Of a stretch of 29,813 nucleotides of DNA, positions 10,516-21,566 are shown piece by piece. Position numbers and translations under genes: made by a program. The notes beneath the pieces were generated by a model, which saw only the letters and a program-made list of their open reading frames with translations, made no database searches and was not told where the DNA came from. This DNA comes from Octopus sinensis (lineage: Eukaryota): contig NW_021832886.1 of assembly GCF_006345805.1 (NCBI RefSeq), positions 1-29,813 of the forward strand, given 5' to 3'. The stretch's first letter is position 1. Every line of letters begins with the position of its first letter.

Positions 10516-11243
10516 GGGTACAGGACGTCACCAACAGTAAACAACATGAAATACAAAAACAAATGTGTTAAATACGCAAATAACGAGAGAAAATATGAAA
10601 ACACGACAAGGAATACAAAGAACGACTCTTCATCAGTTGTCGGCTGTCTATCTCCTCCCTATTTCGAGCAATCTTCGGAGACATTTGCTCCCATAAATGC
10701 CAAAATAAAATTTTGGATCTATGGAGGGTCAAAGTTAGAAACAAAAACAGGACAGTGGAGTCATACAGGGAAACCGAACGAAAACAAACATAGCGGGTCG
10801 TTAAACCTGAACGAGGGGAAAATAGAGAACCCTGAGAGAAATATTTTCTTTGAAAAGAGAAAAGATAGAAGAGAGAGAGATAGGAAACGTCCAGTCCTTA
10901 GAAGGACCGTGCAGGAAAGAAAGATGGTTACGTGAGGAAAAGAAAGATGGACGATGGTCACGTGTGAGCAACGAGAGAGACAGAAAAAGAGAATTAGGGG
11001 AGAGAGAGACAGATAGAAAACGGCGAAAGGGGAGAAAAGGGGAATTAGAGAGGATGGGGGGGGGGGAGAAAAACCATATAGAATAGAGTTGCATCAAACA
11101 GGTTAAGATAAACTTATTTAGAAATGGTTGCGTGGCGTTCAATTAAATAATAATATGAACAACATGAAATACGGAAGCAAATGAGTTAATATGCAAATAA
11201 GGAGAGAAAGTTTGGAAAACAAGAAAATACAAAGAATACAAAG
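10516..11243. mobile_element. Non-coding element bounded by diverged ~85-bp direct repeats (pseudo-LTR-like), between (TA)n and (TATG)n
   Basis: 10540-10620 resembles 11158-11243 (AACAACATGAAATAC..GCAAATAA.GAGAGAAA..GAATACAAAG); purine-rich interior. Confidence 0.5.
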
Positions 11244-11403
11244 TATGTATGTATGTATGTATGTATGAGTCAGTAGGATTCGAGAAGAGCCCTTATGAGT
11301 CAGCCTGATTTGAGAAGAAAACTCTGCATTTTACCTATTTGCAGCTGTTCATATATCGTCTTACAGCGTTTACTGAGCATTAAGGAGCAGTCATGATGTC
11401 TGT

Positions 11404-12228
11404 AGTTTGAGATACAGCGCGTATCATCATGACAGAGGTAAAACTTTTTACCAATAATAAAATAGCTTGCAGTCCTCTATGTTAGCAAATATTTCGTCAA
11501 AGGCAACTTTAACCTTCATGCTTTCCAACGCCGTTGATTAGTCATCAATACATCAAGCTGTTTCTGAAAACAGGAATCATAAAAAGTTGTCGAATTTGAG
11601 ACGAATGCCCTGTATATGGGTTTGGAGGCGCAATGGCCCAGTGGTTAGGGCAGTGGACTCGCGGTCGTAGGATCGTGGTTTCGATTCCCAGACCGGGCGT
11701 TGTGAGTGTTTATTGAGCGAAAACACCTAAAGCTCCACAGGGCTCCGGCAGGGATGGTGGTGATCCCTGCTGTACTCTTTTCACACACAACTTTCTCTCA
11801 CTCTTACTTCCTGTTTCTGTTGTACCTGTATTTCAAAGGGCGGCCTTGTCACTCTCTGTGTCACGCTGAATATCCCCGAGAACTACGTTAAGGGTACACG
11901 TGTCTGTGGAGTGCTCAGCCACTTACACGTTAATTTCACGAGCAGGCTGTTCCGTTGATTCGGATCAACCGGAACCCTCGTCGTCGTAACCGACGGAGTG
12001 CTTCCAAAAGTTTGAGATACAGCGCGTATCATCATGACAGAGGTAAATCTTTTTACCAATAATCAAATAGCTTGCAGTCCTCTATGTTAGCAAATATTTC
12101 GTCAAAGGCAACTTTAACCTTCATGCTTTCCAATGCCGTTGATTAGTCATCAATACATCAAGCTGTTTCTGAAAACAGGAATCATAAAAAGTTGTCGAAT
12201 TTGAGACGAATGCCCTGTATATGGGTTT
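11404..12228 (+). repeat. 220-bp direct repeat (11404-11623 and 12009-12228) exactly flanking a SINE
   Basis: Constant offset of 605, no indels, 3 substitutions. Confidence 0.96.
11624..12008 (+). mobile_element. SINE group B (tRNA head, middle 1, tail X)
   Basis: Pol III A-box TGGCCCAGTGG and B-box-like GTTTCGATTCC; near-identical to the reverse complement of 13168-13549. Confidence 0.95.
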
Positions 12229-12294
12229 ATATATAGGAATACATTTATGTACCTGCGTTTATATCTATATATATCTATATGGTTGAATTTTCTA

Positions 12295-12677
12295 GGCGTA
12301 GGAGTGGCTGTGTGTTGAGTAGCTTGCTTACGAACCACATGGTTCCAGTTTCAGTCCCACTGCGTGGCACTTGGGGAAGTGTCTTCTACTATAACCTCGG
12401 GCCGACCAAAACATTTGTGAGTGGATTTGGTAGAGAGAAACTGAAGGAAGCCCGTCGTATATATGTATATATAAATATATATATATATACATATGTAGGT
12501 GTGTAAGTGTTTGTGCGTCTGTTTTTCCCCCAACATCGTTTGACACCCGATGATGGTGTGTTTACGTCCCCGTAACTTAGCGGTTCGACAAAAGAGATCG
12601 ATAGAATAAGTCCTGGGATCAATTTGCTCGACTAAAGGCGGTGCTTCAGCATGGCCAGTCAAATGACTGAAACAAGT
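12295..12677 (+). mobile_element. SINE group A, full composite
   Basis: Head to GAAGCCCGTCG, then a (TA) tract, then tail to GACTGAAACAAG; the segment between the two GAATAAG repeats has collapsed. Confidence 0.92.
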
Positions 12678-13160
12678 GTGTGTGTTTGTGTGTGTGTAAA
12701 CAATGCGACTGTGCGTTTATGATCTATCTATGTCACAATTAGATATTACCTCACTAAATGAACTTCTAGCATCATCTCCATAATATCGTCGGCACAAAAT
12801 CCACTTAGATGAAGGTTTCACAAACTAGGATGACCGCGGACTAAATCTAGCCTAAATCTCTGCTTCATCCGGTGCAGTGATTTCATTCAATGAATTTGGT
12901 TTCTTTGTTCCCCACGATCGTTGGCTAGAGCAAAAGTTTCATTTTTGCATTGGCTTGAAACGAATCAGTCATATCTCAATAAAAAAAGAATGTCTGTGTT
13001 TTTGTGTGTGTGGGTGTGTGTAGTGAGGGTGCATTGCTTAGTGGTTTGTGTGTTGCATTTGCGATCGAAAGAACGTGATTTCAATTACGGAAGTGGTTAC
13101 TCATTTCACGTTGCTCCATGATCACTTCGACATCTGACGAGTGCTCCACTGTGCACCTAT

Positions 13161-13549
13161 GGAAAATGGAAGCACTCCGTCGGTTACGACGTCGAGGGTT
13201 CCGGTTGATCCGAATCAACGGAACAGCCTGCTCGTGAAATTAACGTGTAAGTGGCTGAGCACTCCACAGACACGTGTACCCTTAACGTAGTTCTCGGGGA
13301 TATTCAGCGTGACACAGAGAGTGACAAGGCCGGCCCTTTGAAATACAGGTACAACAGAAACAGGAAGTAAGAGTGAGAGGAAGTTGTGGTGAAAGAGTAC
13401 AGCAGGGATCACCACCATCCCCTGCCGGAGCCTCGTGAAGCTTTAGGTGTTTTCGCTCAATAAACACTCACAACGCCCGGTCTGGGAATCGAAACCGCGA
13501 TCCTATGACCGCGAGTCCGCTGCCCTAACCACTGGGCCATTGCGCCTCC
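13161..13549 (-). mobile_element. SINE group B (tRNA head, middle 1, tail X) with ~11-bp TSD
   Basis: Reverse complement of 11624-12005; TSD T(G/A)TGCACCTAT at 13150-13160 and 13550-13560. Confidence 0.95.
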
Positions 13550-13888
13550 TATGCACCTATACAAGTAGTGTCGATTTGAAGGAAAGGGTGTACAACACAG
13601 GCGTGTGGTCACTAAAAACAAATCATCCGTGCAGGTTGTTCCGCAAAATATTACAGAAGACTTCTTTATCATTTTCCACAGAACAATCCGCGATATACGT
13701 GTGTGTATGTGCATATGTGTGTGTGTATGTGCGTGTGTGTGTATGTGTCCGCGCGCACATGTATGTATATGTGTATAGGTATGTATGCATGTATATCTAA
13801 GATATATATATATGCATATATATGTCTATATATATACATATGCGTACAGGTATGTATATGTATATATGTCCATGTAAGCATATATTTG

Positions 13889-13970
<82 letters not shown>

Positions 13971-14920
13971 GGGGATTAGTGGAGGGGAGGTACGACGACG
14001 AGCTTGGGGCAAACCTGGGCGTCGACGAGGAATACCTGACCCACCTGTTTGAAACGACTTTCGGGCCGGGACCTATGGACAACTTCCAGAGATCCCTGGC
14101 CTGGCGGTGCTACCGAGAAGCGCTACCCGTTCGGGATAAGCTCTATAGGCACGCAATCGTGCAGTGTCCAGCAATTTCCGACCTGTGGGCTTATGTCGAA
14201 CGACTGCTGTCACGTGTGGGCCGTGTCGGTTTATCAGCCGAGTCTATCGTTAATATCGTCACGCCTCCTTCCTTCAAACGGGAAGAAAGAGCTATTTTTA
14301 TCATACTTGTGGCTATGGCGAAAGAATGTATCTGGTGGACGCGCCTGAAAGGATTAGAGATAAACACTTTCCTCTCTGGTCAATCTCTCATCAACTTCTT
14401 CAAATATCACTTGAAGAGGAAAGTGAGAGTAGAGAGGCAAGTTTTGTCTAGTGAATGTTTTAAAAAAAGATGAGTGAATGTAGCAAGGATGGCACGTATG
14501 AATGACGAAGCCACCTTGACTATGATTCTATGAACTGTAAAAATTAATACAGAGAGTTGCTTATTTGCAAAAAAAAAAAAAGAAATATAACATGTGACTT
14601 CATTGACCGAGGTTACCGTGGTCTTTTCCGTAGGCTTTTCTTTTCACGGGTAAACCTCACCTGTCCTCCCCTTTACACTTCATATTGACTTTTCTGTGAT
14701 AACGTTCCCTATTGATCAATTTTTTTTTCCTTTCCCTTTTTTTGCTCCCCCACCTTTTTTTTTCGAAAATTTTATTCCCCCCTTTTTTTGTCCTCTTTCT
14801 TTCCCTTTACGATCCCTTTTGATCGAAAACCAAACCCCCTTTTTTTTACCCCCAAAAGAAAAGCTCTACCTTGTAATTTGTTCTGTCTGTGTGCAGCCCT
14901 GTGTGGCTAATAAAGAAACA
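13971..14920 (+). mobile_element. 5'-truncated L1/Tx1-clade LINE (ORF2 C-terminus plus 3' UTR) within a (TATC)n tract
   Basis: Translation ..MDNFQRSLAWRCYREALPVRDKLYR|HAIVQCPAISDLWAYVERLL..LVAMAKECIWWTR..NFFKYHLKRKVRVERQ resembles the zf-RVT region of L1/Tx1 ORF2. An in-frame TGA at 14471 is followed by 19 more codons and a stop at 14531. It ends in GGCTAATAAAGAAA, with TATC repeats on both sides. Confidence 0.85.
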
Positions 14921-14999
14921 TTTCTATCTATCTATCTATTTTTCTATCTATATATATATATCTTGATAGTTAGATAGATATACAAAAACATTAGTTTAC

Positions 15000-15000
15000 G

Positions 15001-15050
<50 letters not shown>

Positions 15051-15387
15051 CTGAGTGTGCATGTGTGTGTATGTATGTACGTACGTACGTTTATATTCAC
15101 GTATTAAGCAATGTATGAAAATGTACATTTGAGAAAACGTACACGTGCGACTGACGATAGATAGGTAACAAGAACAACTAGGGGGGTAAATTGATAAAAT
15201 ACCTCCCTGTCTTCTCTTTCTTTTCACTTATCATAACCTATACATAAACGCCAGCAACAGAAACAATATCAGCTCAAACAACAGCAACCAGACATTCATC
15301 ACTACAGAAGAAGTAAAGATACAAGATAAAGGGTGACCAAAAAACAAAAAAAAACAACAAATCCTGCGTGTATATACACATACAAAC

Positions 15388-15420
<33 letters not shown>

Positions 15421-15623
15421 TGTATGTATGTATGAGAAATATGCAAGGAAAAAAATGGGCTTGAGCAAGGACTGACGTCTTATTTTATTTGGAGTGACGT
15501 ACTGTAGACGATAGAGGACTGTTGAAAGTCGGATTCATTGTAGGATATCGGCGCCATTGAAGGGGTGGTAACATAGAGCTTTCGTAGAATGATTTCAAGA
15601 AATCCAACTTGCATATACGTACA

Positions 15624-15658
<35 letters not shown>

Positions 15659-15825
15659 GTATATATATATGTATATATATATATGTATATATGTATATAC
15701 GTATGTATGTGTATATATATATATATATATATGTATGTATGATTATATATGTGTGTATATATATGTATGTATATATGTATATATATGTATATATGTATAT
15801 ACGTATGTATGTGTATATATATATG

Positions 15826-15874
<49 letters not shown>

Positions 15875-16171
15875 GAATGTATGTATATGTATATATGTAT
15901 ATATGAATGTATGTATATGTATATATATATATGTATGTATGATTATATATGTGTGTATATATATATATGTATATATGTATATATATATATAACGTGTGTG
16001 TGTGTATGTGTGTCTGTGTGTATGTGCGTGTGCGTGCGTGTGTGTACACACATATTTACATATGTGTGTATATAACATAAATGGATTCGCATGCACACAA
16101 ATATATGCTTGCGTTTTGGATCCTACCCGCGAAGCGTCGAGACATTTGGAAATAAGACACATGTTTATGTT

Positions 16172-16214
<43 letters not shown>

Positions 16215-16215
16215 A
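15000..16215. repeat. Microsatellite field with internally re-duplicated TA/TATG blocks and short unique islands
   Basis: Directly visible; e.g. ATGTATGTATGATTATATATGTGTGTATAT occurs at about 15731 and 15931. Confidence 0.9.
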
Positions 16216-16479
16216 GGCTGATTCATGCTTGGTTCTTTCTTTCACTATCTTTCCATCATCAAATTCCTCCTGCTTACGCTACATAACCACTTTTGTCTGA
16301 GAGGATTTCTTAATCACGCCCCATGCTTCATCGTCTATAAGATGTCACAAAGACTTTTAGCCTTTCCTTCGATGGTTTCACTATTTACAGAAAGCACTTT
16401 TATCACCACCAGCGCCGTCATCATCACCACCACCACCGCTACCACCATCATCATTATAAGAACCATGGTAGTTGCTTCT

Positions 16480-17060
16480 AATTTTGGCACAAGGCCAGTC
16501 ATTTTGAATGAAAATAATTAGACGCTTCCGTTCTAGATTTATTGACCCCGAAATCTATATATATAAAAGTGAAGTTGTGTGAGTGTCTGTCTCCTACGAT
16601 TTAGATTCCTAACTACTCTCACATTTTGCGGTGCAGTTTAGCCAAATCCGGGTATCTTATAGTCGTGATTCATATCGAGCCTTTCTGGGTATTAGCGCGC
16701 GTCTACGATGAGTCTACGATTTTTAAAATAATTTACCATAATTTTTTTCCATTTTAAAGCATATTTTTTAAATAAAGGGAAGTAACTCTCTAAAAATGTC
16801 TACGATGAGTCAACGATTTAAAAAAATTTACCATAATTTTTTTTCCATTTTTAATGCATTTTTTGCTGTTTTTTGGCTATAACTCTCTAAAAATGCTTTA
16901 TAGTTATTTCCCTTACAAACCCGAGCAACGCCGGGCGATACTGCTAGTAATAAATAAAAGACAAAGTTGATCTCAGCGTACTTTGAGCTCACAGTATAAA
17001 ATTCTAGAGTTGATATCAGAAATCCTTTCAGTGCTCTAACGATTCTGTTAGCTCTCTGCT
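16480..17060 (-). mobile_element. Old SINE group C copy split by the Helitron
   Basis: TTTTGGCACAAGGCCAG..TTTATTGACCCCGAAA on the left resumes as ..AAGACAAAGTTGATCTCAGCG..TTTGAGCTCA..CTAACGATTCTG on the right. Confidence 0.65.
16554..16947 (+). mobile_element. Non-autonomous Helitron
   Basis: 5' TC(TATATATATAAAA) after A16553; 3' CTAG before T16948; GC-rich subterminal hairpin CCCGAGCAACGCCGGG at 16920-16935; no TSD; internal ~97-bp tandem duplication. Confidence 0.88.
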
Positions 17061-17588
17061 AAAACATGCATTTGGCCTAAAATTTGTTGGTATTAGGGAA
17101 CAAATGACTGAAATTACTCCAGCACTTCACTGATACTTTATATTTATTGTCCCAAGACGATAAAAATGACCGATTAGTATCCTTAACGCAAATTTCCGGC
17201 CTCTTTTGTTAGTAGAAAGAATTCAAACAAGTTTCAATTAAACAGAAACTGTAATACGATAAATACGATAAACATTTATAGTTATTGCTCACGCACGAAG
17301 TAGAAACCACTGAATATGTAAAGTCTGGGTATTTTAGGTCTTAAACCAGCCTTCATTGCTTATTCATCAGTTTTCTGCATTCGAAGATGCACGCCAACAT
17401 TTTAAAGGTGGTTTGAGATAGATAAACTGTTACTTTGTTTAAGGTAATTCCATCAACTTCTGATATTTTTATCAACCCCTTATTCTCGGGGTGTCAACTA
17501 TATTCCAACCCCAATTACATCTCAGTAATTGATAAATACTTGATATATCACTTGCACTACAAATATGTGATTTTTATAGTTCTGTTTG

Positions 17589-17648
17589 CGAAGGACGATA
17601 AAGTAGGGTGGTGAATTTCGAAGGACGATAAAGTAGGGTGGTGAATTT
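17589..17648. repeat. Perfect 30-bp tandem duplication
   Basis: CGAAGGACGATAAAGTAGGGTGGTGAATTT occurs twice in tandem. Confidence 0.97.
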
Positions 17649-18517
17649 CTACTCATTATGATCGTCCTCATCATCGTTGTCTTTATTATTGCTTCTGAGG
17701 AGAGTCATCATTGAAGTTCTTACCTGTTTTTGTCATTTTTTAATGTTTATCCTCCTTTTGGAAGACAACATTTTCAGTATTCTCTTCTGCGTTTTCTACG
17801 GCTTGAAAGTTTTCGACCCAACCCTCACTTCTACCAAATTGCAAGATGATAATTGATGAGGCTAGTTAGTATTATAGATTCTGGGGGGTTTACTGTTCCT
17901 GTGGATACGTCCCCTTCTTCATCTCACTCTCACGTTCAGCGGTGGCGATGGCTGAGAAAATAGGTTCCCTGGTTTCCTAAGGACCGAGAATAATGCAATC
18001 TCCTTCACTGATTTTGAAACTTCGACCGACAGCTTTCAGAACCTGATGTTCTTGGATTCTTTTTTAACTCATCGGAGCAGAAAACACTCTAGTGCCTCTT
18101 GCTGCCACAAAAAAAGCACTAAAAAAAAAGAAGTATTGGAAGATTCATCTATTGCAGTATCCTCCCTCCTGCACACACATACACCAAGCACACACTTGTT
18201 TCCATATCACAAAATAAGTACAAGATAGAAGAAAAAGAAGAGAAAAAAGAAGGAAGAAACAATAATTGATAAGGTGGTCCTAGTTGCCTTGTGTTATGAT
18301 GGAATGGACATGACAAGGAAACGTTTCGTAATAATTCTTCAATTTCGTATTGTTTTATATCAGAGTGAATAGAATTAAATTGGTTTAACCCAGGATGGAA
18401 ACCGTGATAGAATGTCAGTTTGCTGGGGATTGTCATTTATTTAACTGAGCAACAGGAGTATTTTGTTAGTAGAAATAAATAATAATTCCTGACATGGTTC
18501 TAATAATTGTCATATAT

Positions 18518-18818
18518 TGTTTGTTCCTTCTCAAGCCACGCCTGGCTCATAAGGGCCGGTTTTCCGGTTTCCATGGCGTATAGGTTCCCCACCTGGATGG
18601 GATGCCGGTCCGTCGCAGGTGAGCTGCAAGATGCAGGAGGAAAGGGTGAGAGAAAGTTGTGGCGAAAGAGTCAGCAGAAGTTCGCCATTACTTCCTGCCG
18701 GAGCCGCGTGGAGCTTAGGTGTTTCGCTCATAAGCACACACATCGCTCGGACTGAGATTCGAACCCGTGACCCTTCGGCCGTGAGTCCGCTGCACTAACC
18801 ACTAGGTCATGTGCCTCC
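18518..18818 (-). mobile_element. SINE group B variant (tRNA head, middle 1, tail Y) with 15-bp TSD
   Basis: TSD ATAATTGTCATATAT at 18503-18517 and 18819-18833. Tail GACGGACCGGCATCCCATCCAGG..GAAACCGG..ATGAGCC resembles the Meta/V-SINE-type conserved domain (from recall). Confidence 0.9.
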
Positions 18819-18944
18819 ATAATTGTCATATATAATGGCGATAACAAAAAAACAACACAACCACAATGAAATAATTTTTTGAACAAAAAATGTTAAGAAA
18901 TACGAACAAAAGCTCCAAACGTGTGCATATGTATAGAAGCACTA

Positions 18945-19932
18945 AGACACACAGACACACACACGCACACGCATACGCACACACATGCACACACACATGC
19001 ACACACACGCATACACACATACACACACACATATACAAACGCATACACACCCACGTGCGCGCGCACAAACAGACACACGTACGTTTGTAGGTATTTTTCT
19101 ATGTATGACGTGTGTATTTATGCATTTATACGTGTGTTTTCATATATACATACATACATACACACACACACAAAAATATATACACATATATATATGTATG
19201 CATACATACATACATACATATATATATCCGCACACATACACACACACACACACACATACATACATACATACATACATACATACATACATACATACATACA
19301 TACATACATACATACATACATACATACATACATACATACATACATACATACATGCATACATACATACATACATACATACATACATACATACATACATACA
19401 TACATACATTAAATATAATTATGTTTCGGGGATTTAGAGATTTAAACAGCTTTCTAAAGCGACCGGAAGTCGATTAAAATTAGCGGATATGTTGCACGTC
19501 TGGCTGACTCCTCGACAATGTGTCTCTCCTTGCTCATGCGTACTAACTCTATAGTGCAGACACCTGTACGAACTGTTCAATATAGATTACTGTTTTATGA
19601 TACCCAAATGACCACATTTTTTTCTTTTATTTCTTTCAGAAATATCTTCGAAATTAAATAGTAATTAAATCTGAGTAAGTTGAAAACCTAAATGAATAAA
19701 GAAATCATGGATTAGAGATTTCGTGAAATTATATAGCCATGTTCATTTATATGCAAATGTGTATGTATCTATGCTTCTGTATAACCATGTATTTATGTGT
19801 ATAAGTGTATATTTGTGTGTGTGTCTATGTGTGCGCACGCTCGCGCATGTGAGTATGTGTGTATGTATACCTACACACATACACTCATGTATATATGTCC
19901 GTGCGTGTGTAGGCATTTATTAGAAGAAACCT

Positions 19933-19983
<51 letters not shown>

Positions 19984-20021
19984 TATACATATATACATAT
20001 ACATATATATGTATGTATGCA

Positions 20022-20057
<36 letters not shown>

Positions 20058-20119
20058 TATATGTTGTATGTATGTATGCATATATATTTATGTTTTTGTT
20101 TTGGGAGATTCCGGATGTG

Positions 20120-20151
<32 letters not shown>

Positions 20152-20265
20152 CTCATATATATATATATATATAGATGCATATATGCATAAATGCATATAT
20201 ACATACACACATATTTGAGTTATTTGTGAAAAAATATACTTGCATGCGTAACGTGAGGGGAACAC
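18945..20265. repeat. (CA)n/(CATA)n/(TG)n/(TA)n microsatellite field with a unique island at about 19410-19780
   Basis: Directly visible. Confidence 0.92.
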
Positions 20266-20567
20266 ATTATATATGTATATATACGCGTGTGTATGCGCAC
20301 TTGTACGCGTGTATACGTTAAGCGCATGCAGATGTGTTTCAAGGAGGCGGTAATTTCTGCTTATAACTATTCCATATCAAATTGTTAACGGGTGTTTCGT
20401 CCGTCTTTACATTCTGAGTTCAAATTCCATCGAATGTCTCTCAAACTTTCGTGGGCGATAGAATAATTACCATCTGAGAACTAGGGTCGTTGCCATCGTC
20501 TTACGCCCTTCTTCGAAATAGCTGGCTTTGTACCAAAATTTGAACTCAATATATTAGTTATTGTTAA

Positions 20568-21335
20568 GACGGCGACGAGCTGGTAGAACCGTTATGTGAC
20601 CGGGCGAAATGCTTATTGGCATTTCGTCCGTCTTCAGGTTCTGAGTTCAAATTCCACCGAGGTCGACTTTACCTTTCATCCTTTCGGGGTCGATAAATTT
20701 AGTACCAGTTGCATACTGAGGTCGATGTAATCGACTGTTCCCCTCTCTCAAAATTTCAAGCCTTGTGCCTAGAGTAGAAAAGAATATGTTTATATGTGGA
20801 GGCGGGTGGCTAAGTGGTTAGTGTACCAGACTCATGATCGTAAGATTGTTGTTTCGATTCCTGGACTGGGCATCGCGTTGTGTTCTTGGCATTTCGTTCG
20901 TCTTCAGGTTCTGAGTTCAAATTCCACCGAGGCCGACTTTACCTTTCATCCTTTCGGGGTCGATAAATTAAGTACCTGTTGCGTACTGGGGTCGATGTAA
21001 TCGACTGGCCCCCTCCCTTAAAATTTCGGGCCTTGTGCCTAGAGTAGAAAAACATATTTTTATATGTGGAGGCGCGTGGCTAAGTGGTTAGTGTATTGGA
21101 CTAACCACTTAGTGTGTTGATCGTAAGAGTGTTGTTTCGATTTCTGGACTGGGCATCGCGTTGTGTTCTTGGGCAAAGCATTTTATTTCACGTTGCTCCA
21201 GTCAACTCAGCTGGCAAAAATGAGTAACCCTTTGACGGATCAGCGTCCCATCCAGGTGGCGAATATATTTGCCGTGGAACCCAGGAAACCGTCCCTATGA
21301 GTCTGTATGACTCGGGAAGGAACTTTACTACTACT
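20568..21335 (+). mobile_element. SINE C + SINE B cluster containing a 270-bp tandem duplication; last element is group B (21068-21335; middle 2, tail Y)
   Basis: Unit TTGGCATTTCG..GGGCATCGCGTTGTGTTC starts at 20616 and again at 20886. Confidence 0.88.
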
Positions 21336-21382
21336 CTTTTTACATGTGTGTATGTAATATATATTTATATATATAAACATAT

Positions 21383-21530
21383 GACAGACATTCCATTTTC
21401 TGTCTGCTAAATTCACTCTCAAGGACATATCGGCCTGGGATTATAGCACAAAACCTCAAGTAGACATAAACAGTTGGAAGGTGCAGTGTCGTGGGACTGA
21501 ACCCTAACCCACACGGTTGCGAAGCTGGTT
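21383..21530 (-). mobile_element. SINE group A head, degenerate
   Basis: The reverse complement reads GCTTCGCAACC..GGGTTCAGTCCCAC..GGCCGA..CCTTGAGAGTGAATTTAGCAGACAGAAAA. Confidence 0.6.
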
Positions 21531-21566
21531 TCAGAAACACATAGATTATATTAGATGAATAAAAAA

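Noticed and set aside
10626-10668. Minus-strand GAAA...CTGATGA as a permuted (type II) hammerhead
   Set aside because: A short stem II is possible, but stems I and III do not form.
10441-11086. 164-aa and 78-aa K/R/E-rich ORFs
   Set aside because: They arise from purine-rich low-complexity repeat sequence and a (TA)n tract; no domain evidence.
11624-11700. tRNA-like sequences at SINE heads (also 13475-13549, 18745-18818, 21068, 27320-27390)
   Set aside because: A/B boxes are present, but they run into SINE bodies with TSDs and lack a proper acceptor stem and terminator; not tRNA genes.
13134-13166. CTGACGA-GTGC..GCAC-ctatg-GAAA hammerhead look-alike
   Set aside because: GAAA is 5 nt too far from stem II and is contributed by the inserted SINE tail; no stem I or III.
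17589-17648. 30-bp direct repeats as a CRISPR array
   Set aside because: Only two copies with no spacer, in a eukaryotic context with no cas genes.
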